Of a stretch of 64,000 nt of DNA, positions 52,771 through 61,968 are shown piece after piece. Both the position numbers and the translations under genes were made by a program. The notes below the pieces were generated by a model. The model ran no database searches, had not been told where the DNA came from, and saw only the letters and a program-made list of their open reading frames with translations. Source of the stretch: Alphaproteobacteria bacterium (GTDB lineage: Bacteria > Pseudomonadota > Alphaproteobacteria > UBA6615); contig CBDHEC010000047.1 of assembly GCA_965261975.1 (NCBI GenBank), forward strand, positions 32,001 to 96,000, written 5' to 3'. Every line of letters starts with the position of its first letter. Within the stretch, counting starts at the first letter, position 1.

Positions 52771-54155
52771 TCGGCAGCCGTCGCGTAACTGGTCATGTTG
52801 TTCGCCGAAATGTCTGCCGTGACGTTGATGCGGCTCGAGGGATCGGACAGCGACCAGGGGCGCATCTGACCCCCCAGGGCCTCCGCGACGGCAAGCCCGG
52901 ATTGAAGTGCATCCTCGTGGAAACCGTATCCGAAGTAGCTGCCGCAGAACCATGTGTTGTGCGTGCCCTGCAATGACCAGAGTTCGGGTTGCGCCGCCAA
53001 TGCGCCGCTGTCGAACATCGGGTGGTCGTACTCGAACATGGCGACCGGATTCGTCGGCGGCCGTTTGGGGTTCAAGGTGATGAATACATCCTCGTGGGCG
53101 TTGAGCCCCTGCAGACGATTTAGCCAGTAGCTGACCTGCGGCGGCCCGTTGTGGGTATCATCGCCTGCAGACGTGGCGGCGGCGTCCTCGCCAACATAGT
53201 TCCAGCTCGCCCAGACCGAACGTCGCCGTGGCATCTGCGTCGGATCCTTGTGCAGGTAGGTTCGGTTTCGCGTGTAGGGAATGGCGCCGAGCAGGGCGCG
53301 CTCGTCCGCCGTGGGGTCTGCCAGCAGCCGCAGGGCCTGATCTGCATGGGTGGCGATCACCGCGTGGTCGAAATCATGGACCCGCCCACGGTTGTCTGTG
53401 ACCGACACACCGCCCGCGCGCCGGGTGATTCCGGCGACGCCCAGGTTTCGGTGAATGCGATTGGCGAAGGATGCGGTCAGCCGGTCGACATAGGTGCGGC
53501 TGCCGCCGGTGACCGTCCGCCATGTGGGCCGGTTGCGCAGTTCGAGCAACCCGTGGCTTTCGAAGAAGCGCACAAAGGCCTCTGCCGGGTAGGCGCGCAT
53601 GTCTTCGGCGCTCGACGACCAGATGGCCGCCCCCATGGGGAGCAGATGATCTTCCACAAAGGCGCGCCCATAGTTGCCGCGTGACAGATACTGGCCCAGC
53701 GACAGGCCGGCGAGTGCGCCGGCGGACAGATCTTCGGGAGCGACGCCATAAAAGCGTCGCAGATCGGCGAGCATCGACCAGAAGCGTGGCCGGGCGAGAT
53801 TTCGCCGCTGACCGAACAGCCCGTTGGGCGCGTCACTGGAGTATTCCAGTCGCCCGCCGTCGAGCGATACCGCGAAGGACATGTCGCTTGACTGGGTCGG
53901 CACGTCGAGATGGCGAAAGAGCGCGACCAGGTTCGGATAGTTTCGCTCGTTGTAAACGATGAAACCCGTGTCCACGGGTGTGTCCCGACCATCCAGGGTG
54001 ACGCTGCGCGTGTTCGCATGCCCGCCGGTCCAGCCGGCGGCCTCGAACACGGTGACCCGGTGGTACCGCGAGAGCTGCCACGCCGCCGACAGCCCCGCGA
54101 TTCCGGTGCCGACGACCGCGATGTTGAGCACATGATGGTGCGAAGAGTCGGGCAT
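52767..54155 (-). CDS. FAD-dependent oxidoreductase (UfaD-like fatty-acyl desaturase)
   Basis: GTGIAGL, GGHANT, VDTGFIVYN...YPN, WASWNY, Y.HP, FG.GFHED. Confidence 0.88.
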   Translation of the reverse strand: MPDSSHHHVLNIAVVGTGIAGLSAAWQLSRYHRVTVFEAAGWTGGHANTRSVTLDGRDTPVDTGFIVYNERNYPNLVALFRHLDVPTQSSDMSFAVSLDGGRLEYSSDAPNGLFGQRRNLARPRFWSMLADLRRFYGVAPEDLSAGALAGLSLGQYLSRGNYGRAFVEDHLLPMGAAIWSSSAEDMRAYPAEAFVRFFESHGLLELRNRPTWRTVTGGSRTYVDRLTASFANRIHRNLGVAGITRRAGGVSVTDNRGRVHDFDHAVIATHADQALRLLADPTADERALLGAIPYTRNRTYLHKDPTQMPRRRSVWASWNYVGEDAAATSAGDDTHNGPPQVSYWLNRLQGLNAHEDVFITLNPKRPPTNPVAMFEYDHPMFDSGALAAQPELWSLQGTHNTWFCGSYFGYGFHEDALQSGLAVAEALGGQMRPWSLSDPSSRINVTADISANNMTSYATAAE

Positions 54156-54198
54156 GAGCAGCGGTTCCGGGGTGTGTATTGACGCGTTGTTGACGATT

Positions 54199-54226
54199 TC
54201 TACGCTGATTCTGCTTTCCTAGATCA
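54199..54226 (-). promoter_or_regulatory. sigmaE-type promoter of the ufaD-ufaO-ufaM-like operon
   Basis: Minus strand TGATCT-N16-CGTAGA. Confidence 0.8.
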
Positions 54227-54252
54227 CGCGCGGCGAAATTTGCGGGAAAGAG

Positions 54253-54280
54253 TGATCTGAGCTCCGGCGGGCGGCGTATC
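54253..54280 (+). promoter_or_regulatory. Autoregulatory sigmaE promoter of rpoE-chrR
   Basis: TGATCT-N16-CGTATC, followed by an AAGGA RBS and ATG 54302. Confidence 0.8.
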
Positions 54281-54301
54281 AGAGGTTGAAGGAAATCACT
54301 G

Positions 54302-55033
54302 ATGCACACCGAAGCCCTCCATATCGATGAGTTAAGTTCCCTGCGGGCGCCCCGTGCGCGCTCCGCTGCGGCGTCTCCTGCCTTGGTTTCGAGCGGCGTG
54401 GCGTCTAGAACGTCTGGAACGGAACGTGCGGCGGGACATCCTGCGGCATGGCGCGCAGCGAAGAAAGTGACGGCAAGAATGCAAAATGGGGGCCCGGATT
54501 GGAGCGAAGTGCTGTGTGCCGTGGCCGAACGGGACAAGGCGTCTTTCGCCAGCCTGTTCCGGCATTTTGCGCCGCGGGTAAAGTCCTACATGCTGCGTCT
54601 CGGCTCGGACGATTCCCAGGCCGAGGACCTGGCCCAGGAAGCCATGGCCACGGTCTGGCGCAAGGCCGGTCAGTATGACCCAGCCCGCGCTGCAGCCTCG
54701 ACGTGGATATTCACGATTGCACGTAACCTGCGTATCGATGCTTTCCGCCGCACAAACAGGCCCGAGCTCGACCCCGAAGACCCCGCCCTCGTGCCGGATG
54801 CCCCGCCTCAGGGTGACGCGGTGGTCGAACAGAAACAGAATGCCGCACGCATCCAGGCCGCGCTCGCGGAGTTGCCCGAGGAGCAGCGCCAGGTGATGCA
54901 TATGTCCTTTTTCGATGAAAAGACCCATAGCGAGATCGCCGAGACCCTCGATCTGCCGCTGGGTACCGTCAAGTCCCGTATCCGATTGGCCTTTGGGCGC
55001 GTGAAGGCGTCCATCGGCAGCGCAGAAGAGTAA
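54302..55033 (+). CDS. rpoE: ECF sigma factor of the RpoE/ChrR (ECF11) group
   Basis: FAPRVKSY, AEDLAQE, WIFTIARN.RID, LPLGTVKSRIRLA; adjacent to chrR. Confidence 0.92.
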   Translation: MHTEALHIDELSSLRAPRARSAAASPALVSSGVASRTSGTERAAGHPAAWRAAKKVTARMQNGGPDWSEVLCAVAERDKASFASLFRHFAPRVKSYMLRLGSDDSQAEDLAQEAMATVWRKAGQYDPARAAASTWIFTIARNLRIDAFRRTNRPELDPEDPALVPDAPPQGDAVVEQKQNAARIQAALAELPEEQRQVMHMSFFDEKTHSEIAETLDLPLGTVKSRIRLAFGRVKASIGSAEE

Positions 55034-55039
55034 TTGCCC

Positions 55040-55726
55040 ATGACCATTCACCACCACCCCGACGATGAACTGCTCGTTGCCTATGCCGCCGGCGAACTCG
55101 ACGAGGCATGGTCGCTCCTGATCGCCACCCACCTGGCCTTGTGTCCTGACTGCCGTGCTCAGGTGCGCGCGGCGGAGAGCGTTGGTGCGGCTCTGCTTGA
55201 GGACATCGCCGCTGACGAACTGTCGGGAATGGCCGACGATGCGCTGGAGAAGACTCTGGCGCTTGCGACAGACCCCGCGGTGCATCCGGCCGATGAGAAG
55301 CACGTCGCATCAGCGCCTGTTTCCGGAGATCCGGGCGGTGTCCCCGTCCTGCCACAGCCGCTGCGCGACTATGCGGGCGACGATGTGGACGGGCTCAAAT
55401 GGCGGCGCCTCGGGTCGAGCGCGTTCCACATCCCGCTGGTTGCCCGGCGCGGTGCGCCGACTGCGCGGCTGCTTCGCATTCCTGCCGGCACCGCGGTGCC
55501 CGAGCATGGCCATAACGAGCTGGAGCTGACGATGGTCCTGGCGGGCAGCTTTGTCGATGCCGATGCACGGTTCGCGCGTGGCGACGTTGAGACCGCCGAC
55601 ACTGATGTGGAGCATCAGCCCGTGGCCGAGGCGGGCACCGATTGTATCTGCCTCGCTGTGACCGACGCGCCGCTCCGCTTCCGCGGTCCCATTGCACGTC
55701 TGGTGCAGCCGTTTATCGGTATCTGA
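55040..55726 (+). CDS. chrR: Anti-sigma factor ChrR
   Basis: HHP..LL.YAAG.L, ZAS motif HLALCPDC, cupin domain PEHGH...E...H.P...CICL. Confidence 0.95.
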   Translation: MTIHHHPDDELLVAYAAGELDEAWSLLIATHLALCPDCRAQVRAAESVGAALLEDIAADELSGMADDALEKTLALATDPAVHPADEKHVASAPVSGDPGGVPVLPQPLRDYAGDDVDGLKWRRLGSSAFHIPLVARRGAPTARLLRIPAGTAVPEHGHNELELTMVLAGSFVDADARFARGDVETADTDVEHQPVAEAGTDCICLAVTDAPLRFRGPIARLVQPFIGI

Positions 55727-55802
55727 CGCCGCCGCTTTGCCATCGAACAGGCTGGCGCAGAAGCCGCGCTGGGGCTAATTAGGGGCGCACGTCGCGTGGC
55801 GG

Positions 55803-55879
55803 GCGCTCGTAGCTCAGTCGGATAGAGCGCGGGATTCCTAATCCCGAGGTCGCAGGTTCGATTCCTGCCGGGCGCACCA
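55803..55879 (+). tRNA. tRNA-Arg(CCT)
   Basis: GCGCTCG acceptor; anticodon arm CGGGA-TT-CCT-AA-TCCCG; GGTTCGA; CCA. Confidence 0.96.
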
Positions 55880-56047
55880 CGCGACGCTGCGACATAGTAC
55901 GATTATATCTAGATATCCGCGGTTCTTGGAGATCTCTCTATCCCCGGACCGTACTCTGCAGCATCGCTTCGTACCACTTGCTACGAGATAGAACCGTTGC
56001 TAGACCGTTGCTGTGTGTTTCGGTTTTGGTGAATTGGATGGCGAACA

Positions 56048-57229
56048 ATGCGCGGAAAAGTAACGAAAACATCGGTGGAGAGGATCAAACCAAGCACCCG
56101 AGACCAGTTTTTGTGGGACAGCGAGGTTAAAGGGTTCGGTACGAAAGTTACTCCGAAAGGCCGCCGGGTCTATCTCGTCCAGTACTGGAAGGACGGGCGA
56201 ACGCGTCGGGTAACGATCGGCGAGCATGGCATCTTCACGGCAGACGAAGCGCGAAGAAGAGCTGTTTCTCTCAAGGGAAGATTGGCCGATGGCCATGACC
56301 CCGCGCTGGAGAAACGCCACGCAAAGATGGCATCGGTTAGATCTCGTGTTTTCGATGATGTGATGAGGGAATTCATTGAACGAGACCAGAAACCACGTAA
56401 CAGGACCTGGAGGCAGGTTGAACGGCGATTGGAAAACCATGTGTTGCCGAGATGGTCAGGATTGGAGCTCGATCAGATATCTCGGCTACACGTTATTGAT
56501 CTGCTCGACGCTCTTGACGGTGAGGGACTGAGCGGCGGAGCAAATCGGGTCCTTGCTGCTATTAGACGGTTGTTCAACTGGTCGGTCGAAGTAGGGATTA
56601 TGGAAAACTCTCCTGCTGTGGGGGTGAAGCCGCGCCAAAGAGAGAAGGAACGCGAGCGAGTTCTTTCGAACGACGAAGTCCGATCGATCTTGCTCACAAG
56701 CCGGGATACAGGTGGGCCATTCGGTGCGTTCTTCCAGATCCTACTATTGACAGGTCAAAGGCGCTCGGAGGTCGCGAATATGACTTGGTCAGATCTCGAC
56801 TTGGACGCCGCAGTTTGGAATTTGCCAGGGGATGCGACGAAGGCCGGTCGTACACACCAAGTGCCTCTATCTGATGACGCGCTGAGGATTCTGGCTTCCA
56901 CGTCGCGTGGGAAGCGCGGTGACTATGTTTTGAGCACGACCGGCGGGAAATCCCCGATATCAGGGTTCTCGAAATCGAAGGCTAAACTCGTAAGGGATTC
57001 AGCAGAACTTGAGGGCTCTGTCGGCCTGACAAATGACTGGCGCATTCACGATATTCGAAGAACCGTGGCGACGGGTTTGGCCGAAAAAGGAGTGCCGGTT
57101 CATACGATCTCGAGAATTCTGAACCATGCCGAAGGAGGTGTAACTCGTCTCTACGACCGGCATAGCTATCTCATGGAGAAGCGCGAGGCTTTAGATATCT
57201 GGTCTGAACATCTTCGTTCTCTATCCTAG
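56048..57229 (+). CDS. Tyrosine integrase (P4-like, N-terminal arm-binding domain)
   Basis: WDSEVKGFG...RRVTIG arm domain; catalytic residues TGQRRSE, TK, HDIRR, LNH, Y(DR) all present. Confidence 0.93.
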   Translation: MRGKVTKTSVERIKPSTRDQFLWDSEVKGFGTKVTPKGRRVYLVQYWKDGRTRRVTIGEHGIFTADEARRRAVSLKGRLADGHDPALEKRHAKMASVRSRVFDDVMREFIERDQKPRNRTWRQVERRLENHVLPRWSGLELDQISRLHVIDLLDALDGEGLSGGANRVLAAIRRLFNWSVEVGIMENSPAVGVKPRQREKERERVLSNDEVRSILLTSRDTGGPFGAFFQILLLTGQRRSEVANMTWSDLDLDAAVWNLPGDATKAGRTHQVPLSDDALRILASTSRGKRGDYVLSTTGGKSPISGFSKSKAKLVRDSAELEGSVGLTNDWRIHDIRRTVATGLAEKGVPVHTISRILNHAEGGVTRLYDRHSYLMEKREALDIWSEHLRSLS

Positions 57230-57377
57230 TCGTTTGTCTGTTCTTGAGAGACATGGGGACAATGAAATTTTGGGTCGTTGGGCTTCGTTCGAATCGGGTT
57301 GAGTGCACAATTGCTTGGACGCGGCTCCTGGTTTCCGGGTGCGCGCTTCCGACCACTCGTGAAGCTGAGACATCCAC

Positions 57378-58028
57378 ATGACGGGCCGCAGTGAATATCC
57401 TTCTGATTCGTTCTCCTTGGTGGACGCTTTTCGACAGTTTGCAGAGGAGGGCATGCTCGAATCATTCGATCGTGCGACCGCAGAAGTGAATGCTGCAGAA
57501 CCAGTCGTCCGAATTGTCGATAGCTGGGTCTCTGGGCCTAAGCCTCGAGTTGATCAACAAAAACGCCGCGCAGCTTTAGCCAAACGGAAGCGTATTTGGA
57601 GTCAACTGGAGAGATACATTCGGGATCAGCTGCAAACCGGAAATTTGGCCGCTGTTGGGCGCCGTCATATGCCCGACGGCCCGTTGGTGGATATCTCTGC
57701 TGACTGGAAATCTATGCGGCTCAACCCTTTAAATGAGACTGTTAGTTGGCGAGGTAAGCCTCTGTATTTCGGGGTTCGGATCAGGAGGCCCGAACTCTCC
57801 GCGCAAACGGTCACAGCCCGTAACGAGTTTGCAGCAGATCGGTGGCTTCGAGAGATCTGCGGCGACGAGGGTGCGGCGACAAGAAACAAGGGCTTCTATA
57901 TTGAGCAGATGATCGATTTCACCGGTGTCAGCAGGAAAGGAGCTGAGAGGGTTTGGAAAAAGGTGATGGGTGACTACCCGGATTTTATGAAGCCTGGTCC
58001 CAAGCCACTTGATCGACGTACGAATTAA
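57378..58028 (+). CDS. Hypothetical element protein (possible C-terminal HTH)
   Basis: 216-aa ORF between int and the xis-like gene; ends in KPGPKP. Confidence 0.6.
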   Translation: MTGRSEYPSDSFSLVDAFRQFAEEGMLESFDRATAEVNAAEPVVRIVDSWVSGPKPRVDQQKRRAALAKRKRIWSQLERYIRDQLQTGNLAAVGRRHMPDGPLVDISADWKSMRLNPLNETVSWRGKPLYFGVRIRRPELSAQTVTARNEFAADRWLREICGDEGAATRNKGFYIEQMIDFTGVSRKGAERVWKKVMGDYPDFMKPGPKPLDRRTN

Positions 58029-58119
58029 TTCCGGCCCCCCAACTAGTTCGGTACCCCTATAACGCAAGGTAAGGTTCAGTGAACATCCGCTTCCACCTAC
58101 AAACACGGAGGAGCGGACA

Positions 58120-58476
58120 GTGGACCCAACTACGGAAACCTCGCATCGTCAAAGTGCTGACGAAGAGCCCTCCGGTCGGCCGATACCAGAGCTAGAGGGC
58201 GCCCTCCTTACTACAGCTGAATCTGCTTACCTCTTGGGCTTATCGAAACGAAGCCTTGAAGCGCTGCGAGTTCGCGGTGGTGGGCCAGTGTTTGTTGTTC
58301 TGGGACGAAGAGCGGTCAGGTACAGGCGATCAGATATCGTCGCGTGGGTTGATGAACGCAGATACTCAAGCACCAGTGATATTCGAGCTAAGAGACCGGT
58401 GCCTCAGAGCTCGTTCGATCAGACGAAATCTCATTGCGGAGGTCGTTCGTCCGTCGGCCGCTTGGGCGTGAGCTAA
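58120..58476 (+). CDS. Excisionase/AlpA-like HTH protein
   Basis: LLTTAESAYLLGLSKRSLE..R.RGGGP.F..LG.R.VRY...D...W. Confidence 0.85.
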   Translation: MDPTTETSHRQSADEEPSGRPIPELEGALLTTAESAYLLGLSKRSLEALRVRGGGPVFVVLGRRAVRYRRSDIVAWVDERRYSSTSDIRAKRPVPQSSFDQTKSHCGGRSSVGRLGVS

Positions 58477-59256
58477 ATGGCTCCGCGCAAGCCGGTGATT
58501 GGGAATTCTGAGCTCTACGGCGCCGGCGCGATTCTGCGACTAATGGGGTGTGCTGCTGCTGACAGTCGGCTGACCAATCACCAACTCCGCGTGTTCAATA
58601 CGGTGGTGAGTTTCTCTGACTTCGAAAGTGCGGAATGCTGGCCTTCTCTCTCCACTGTCGGAGATATTTTGGGGAGTCCGCGTCAATCAGTGCAGCGATC
58701 AATGCGAAAGCTGGAGTCCTTAGGCTACGTATTTCGCCAGCGGCAACACCATCGTAATGGTGGTTACAAATCCAACCGCTATCACCCGAACACCTCGCTT
58801 GCGAATGTTCATGGGAGGGTAGTGGTTCCGATCGGGATCGATGGTTTCAGCTTCGGTAGTGCGTCCTACCCCATGCCGCCGGCAGTCGATGCAGGGGTTG
58901 CACCCAATGAGGGAGGCAAGGGAGGCACCCTCCAGGGGGATGCACAAAGAGAACATTTAAGAAATCAGAAGAAGCTTCCGACTATCCCCGATGCCGTATC
59001 TTCCAAAGACGAATTTCTGATCGAAAAACAGAAGGCAAAAGAGCTGTGGTTGTCGATCGAGAGCGATCTCAGATTAAGTTTAGGCGACAGTGACTTTAAC
59101 ACTTGGCTGAGTTCGGAGTTGGTCGAGCCCGTTTTCTATGACGGTCAGTGCTTGGTGTTGAAGGCAGTAAACCATTTCACCAAGAAGTGGATCGTCGAAA
59201 ATCACCTGGCCGCTATCGAAGAGAACCTCGATTGCGAGGTGAGTGTTCGCGTATAG
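58477..59256 (+). CDS. Putative replication initiator: N-terminal wHTH (HTH_36-like) plus C-terminal DnaA domain-I-like region
   Basis: CWPSLSTVG..LG..RQSV.R....LE..GY; C-terminal LW..I...L...LG..DFNTWL....P.......LVL...NHF.KKWI..NH...I. Confidence 0.7.
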   Translation: MAPRKPVIGNSELYGAGAILRLMGCAAADSRLTNHQLRVFNTVVSFSDFESAECWPSLSTVGDILGSPRQSVQRSMRKLESLGYVFRQRQHHRNGGYKSNRYHPNTSLANVHGRVVVPIGIDGFSFGSASYPMPPAVDAGVAPNEGGKGGTLQGDAQREHLRNQKKLPTIPDAVSSKDEFLIEKQKAKELWLSIESDLRLSLGDSDFNTWLSSELVEPVFYDGQCLVLKAVNHFTKKWIVENHLAAIEENLDCEVSVRV

Positions 59257-59690
59257 ACCGCAATTGCTTGGCAAAAGCTGAACTGAGCTGCTCAGCTAAA
59301 CTGGAACTACTGAGGGGTCGTCGGGTTGGTTAGCGGGTCCTTCCTGGAGATCGCTCTACCACGGGTTACGCAGCACCGCGGTGAGCCGGAGTTTTTGCGA
59401 CGCATGATCACCGTAGAACTTCATTCTCTATTATGCTTAAGCGACAACACAGCCGAATATCTCCAATCCGCGATAAACCCTCATTATCAGAGATCAAGTC
59501 TTCGCTAACGAGCGAGTTCGGTGTTGAACCGCAGTCGAATTCCCCGCTTCCTCGTCATGTGCGGAATTCAGAGCGTTCAACCTCAAACTCATGACGGCCC
59601 AGTTCTGACTTTTCACCAGTATGTGAGCGGCTCCAACCGTGATGCTGGCCTATAGTTCGCTTCGAATATCCCCACTATTCCGAGGTTTGC

Positions 59691-60317
59691 GTGTCGATTA
59701 GAACAGGATCTTCTTTCCGGACAGTGTTTCGCTTTTTCTTGGGGCTCATATGTTTGGTGCTCATCCTTACCGCGGCACCAGAAGCGGTCGCTGACGAGTT
59801 CCTCGAAGGTCAAATAGCCGCGCACGATGGTAATCATGAGGCCGCGTTGCGCGCCTGGTTACCGCTCGCCCGTGACGGGCATGTCAAAGCGCAATACGCC
59901 GTCGGTTCGCTCTTCGCCGAAGGCCGGGGAACGACGCAGGATCTGAGCACGGCATTCGATTGGTGGTTGCAGGCCGCAACGCAGTCGCACGTGCGGGCTC
60001 AGTTCAATGTCGCCGCCATGTACAAGAATGGGGTGGGGGTTGGTCAGAACGAGGTGGAGGCTGCGCGGTGGATTTCTGCGGCGGCAAACCTGGGCGATCG
60101 TGACTCGCAGGTTCAGCTCAGCCAATTCTATCGAGATGGTTTTGGCGTTGGCCAGAATCCCGTCACGGCATACATGTGGCTCGAGATTGCGCGACTCGGT
60201 GGTCATCCTTCGATCGCGAAAGCGTTGAAGGCGAGCGCTTCTCTGTTGTCGGAAGAGCAGATCATCGAGGCTCAGAAACGCGCGGTGTCATGGCTCGAGC
60301 GCAAGAGCGTCGACTAG
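59691..60317 (+). CDS. Secreted Sel1-repeat protein
   Basis: Signal peptide; AQY.VG.LF.EGRG, AQFNVA.MY.NG.GV, AYMWL..A. Confidence 0.85.
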   Translation: MSIRTGSSFRTVFRFFLGLICLVLILTAAPEAVADEFLEGQIAAHDGNHEAALRAWLPLARDGHVKAQYAVGSLFAEGRGTTQDLSTAFDWWLQAATQSHVRAQFNVAAMYKNGVGVGQNEVEAARWISAAANLGDRDSQVQLSQFYRDGFGVGQNPVTAYMWLEIARLGGHPSIAKALKASASLLSEEQIIEAQKRAVSWLERKSVD

Positions 60318-60500
60318 ATCGTTTTTGCCGGTCACAGCCATGGGCGCTGCATTTGTCCGTCTGACTCTCTGCTTCAACAATTTTCAATGAACATGGTCGG
60401 CGAAGCCATTCGTTCCTGCTTCGCAAGTGCGGTGCGGCGCATCCGCCCTTGATGATATATCGAGATCAGGTGTCCCTAGGCCGGAGCGAAAATTTGCGTA
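60260..60500 (+). repeat. 241-bp direct repeat, copy 1
   Basis: Matches 63449-63689 with about 11 substitutions (counted by eye). Confidence 0.95.
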
Positions 60501-60810
60501 CTTTGAGCACAGATAGACCTCAAAGAATTGATCTAACTTTTGAGCAGAGGGGAATCAGAGCACAAGGTCAAATGGGTCACTTGGTGCAAAACTCTAATTT
60601 TACCCTCAGAATGAATTCTGCAGATCTCACTTCGGGGCAATGCGCCACGGCTGTCACGGTAAGTGCCCGTGGAAGAGAGTGGGCCGAATTCTGGAGGAAG
60701 AGGTGCAGCACGGCACAGTTTGACGCGTTCTGTTTAGTTGTTGATCGATCACAACGTCAGGGCAAGCCCATGATCAATTGGCATCCGAGCGAGTGCGGAT
60801 GGGGAGTGGC

Positions 60811-61968
60811 TTAAAACACGATCAGAAGGCTGGTCGCGTACATGATCACGACGCCACCGGCGAAGCCCGCCAACCCAATAGACCATGACGTATCGGCGGG
60901 ATGCTTGGAGTTCAACTTGAGCATGTATCGGCCAATCTCCACGATGACCTGCAGGATGGCGCCGGCGCCGATGCTGAGCAGCAGCGCGGTCCAGTGCGGT
61001 GCGGTGGCGAAGGCGCCAGCCCACGTGCCGAGGATCGCCGGCGCTCCAGCGAGCGTAGTAAGTCCTACGAACAGCCGAAATCGCGGCTTTAAGCCGACCA
61101 GTAACACTGCGATGCAGATGCCCTCAGTTATGTTGTGCAGCGTGAAGCCTGCTATGAGGAACGAGCCTAGTGCCGCCTCGCCAGCCGTGAATGCCGCGCC
61201 AATGGCGAGCCCTTCGCCGAAATTGTGTAACCCGATCCCTGCTGCGATGAAGGTCGCCAGTGCGTCCTTTTCTGGTGCACTGCCACTGCGATTGCTGGCG
61301 ACCAAGAGCGTGGCCAAGCTCGCGAGTGTCGCAAGCCAGACGAGCTGCAGGCTGCGCAGACCCGGTGCGGCGCGGTTGGCGAGTTCGAGCGCTTCGTTGA
61401 GTGTGTCGATCAGCAGGAATGCGAGCAGACCGACCGTCAGGGAGAGCAGGAAGGTCATGCCCGTCTGGCCGAATCGTTGCAGCAGCGGAAAGAACATCAT
61501 GCCGAGTGCTACCGGCAGGACACCCACGAACACACCTAGCAGTCCGAAGTTCGCCAACTGGGCAAGCCCGAATACCGGCGTCGACCGGGATACTTCGATC
61601 ACGTGATCAAAGGTCAGTCCCGACCGGGTGACGAGTGTTATCCGATGCGTTTCGTTTTCTATCCAGGGGTAGGGAATGCGAATCTTCGCCTTACCGAGAT
61701 TGTCGACCGGTTTGGGCGGTTCTTGCTTGAACCGCCAATAAGCGCCATCGACCTGTATCTGGGCAATCTCGACCGGCATCGGCCCCATGGCACGAACCTC
61801 TAGGGTAACACCGCGATCATCGAGGATAGTGCGTTCAACCGTTAGATGCTCCGATGGCGGCGCATTGGATTCGAGCGGTGCTAACGGGTTCGTGAACACG
61901 AACGCGACCAGTATCAGCCCGAGAAGCGACAGTGGTGCGATCGCGTATATTGCCTTGCGGCTCATCAC
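60811..61968 (-). CDS. ZIP-family metal transporter with N-terminal extracytoplasmic domain
   Basis: GIGLHNFGEGLAIG and LHNITEG signatures; multi-TM; overlaps the MCO stop (GTGA). Confidence 0.85.
   Translation of the reverse strand: MMSRKAIYAIAPLSLLGLILVAFVFTNPLAPLESNAPPSEHLTVERTILDDRGVTLEVRAMGPMPVEIAQIQVDGAYWRFKQEPPKPVDNLGKAKIRIPYPWIENETHRITLVTRSGLTFDHVIEVSRSTPVFGLAQLANFGLLGVFVGVLPVALGMMFFPLLQRFGQTGMTFLLSLTVGLLAFLLIDTLNEALELANRAAPGLRSLQLVWLATLASLATLLVASNRSGSAPEKDALATFIAAGIGLHNFGEGLAIGAAFTAGEAALGSFLIAGFTLHNITEGICIAVLLVGLKPRFRLFVGLTTLAGAPAILGTWAGAFATAPHWTALLLSIGAGAILQVIVEIGRYMLKLNSKHPADTSWSIGLAGFAGGVVIMYATSLLIVF

Noticed and set aside
59257-59690. Short ORFs and the CTGAGCTGCTCAG dyad after rep
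   Set aside because: No convincing ORF or RBS. The dyad and the AGCT(G/A)AACTG pair are too short to call an origin without comparison.
60449-60814. 121-aa plus-strand ORF after repeat copy 1
   Set aside because: It starts inside the duplicated intergenic DNA, shows no protein-like motifs and is probably junction sequence.
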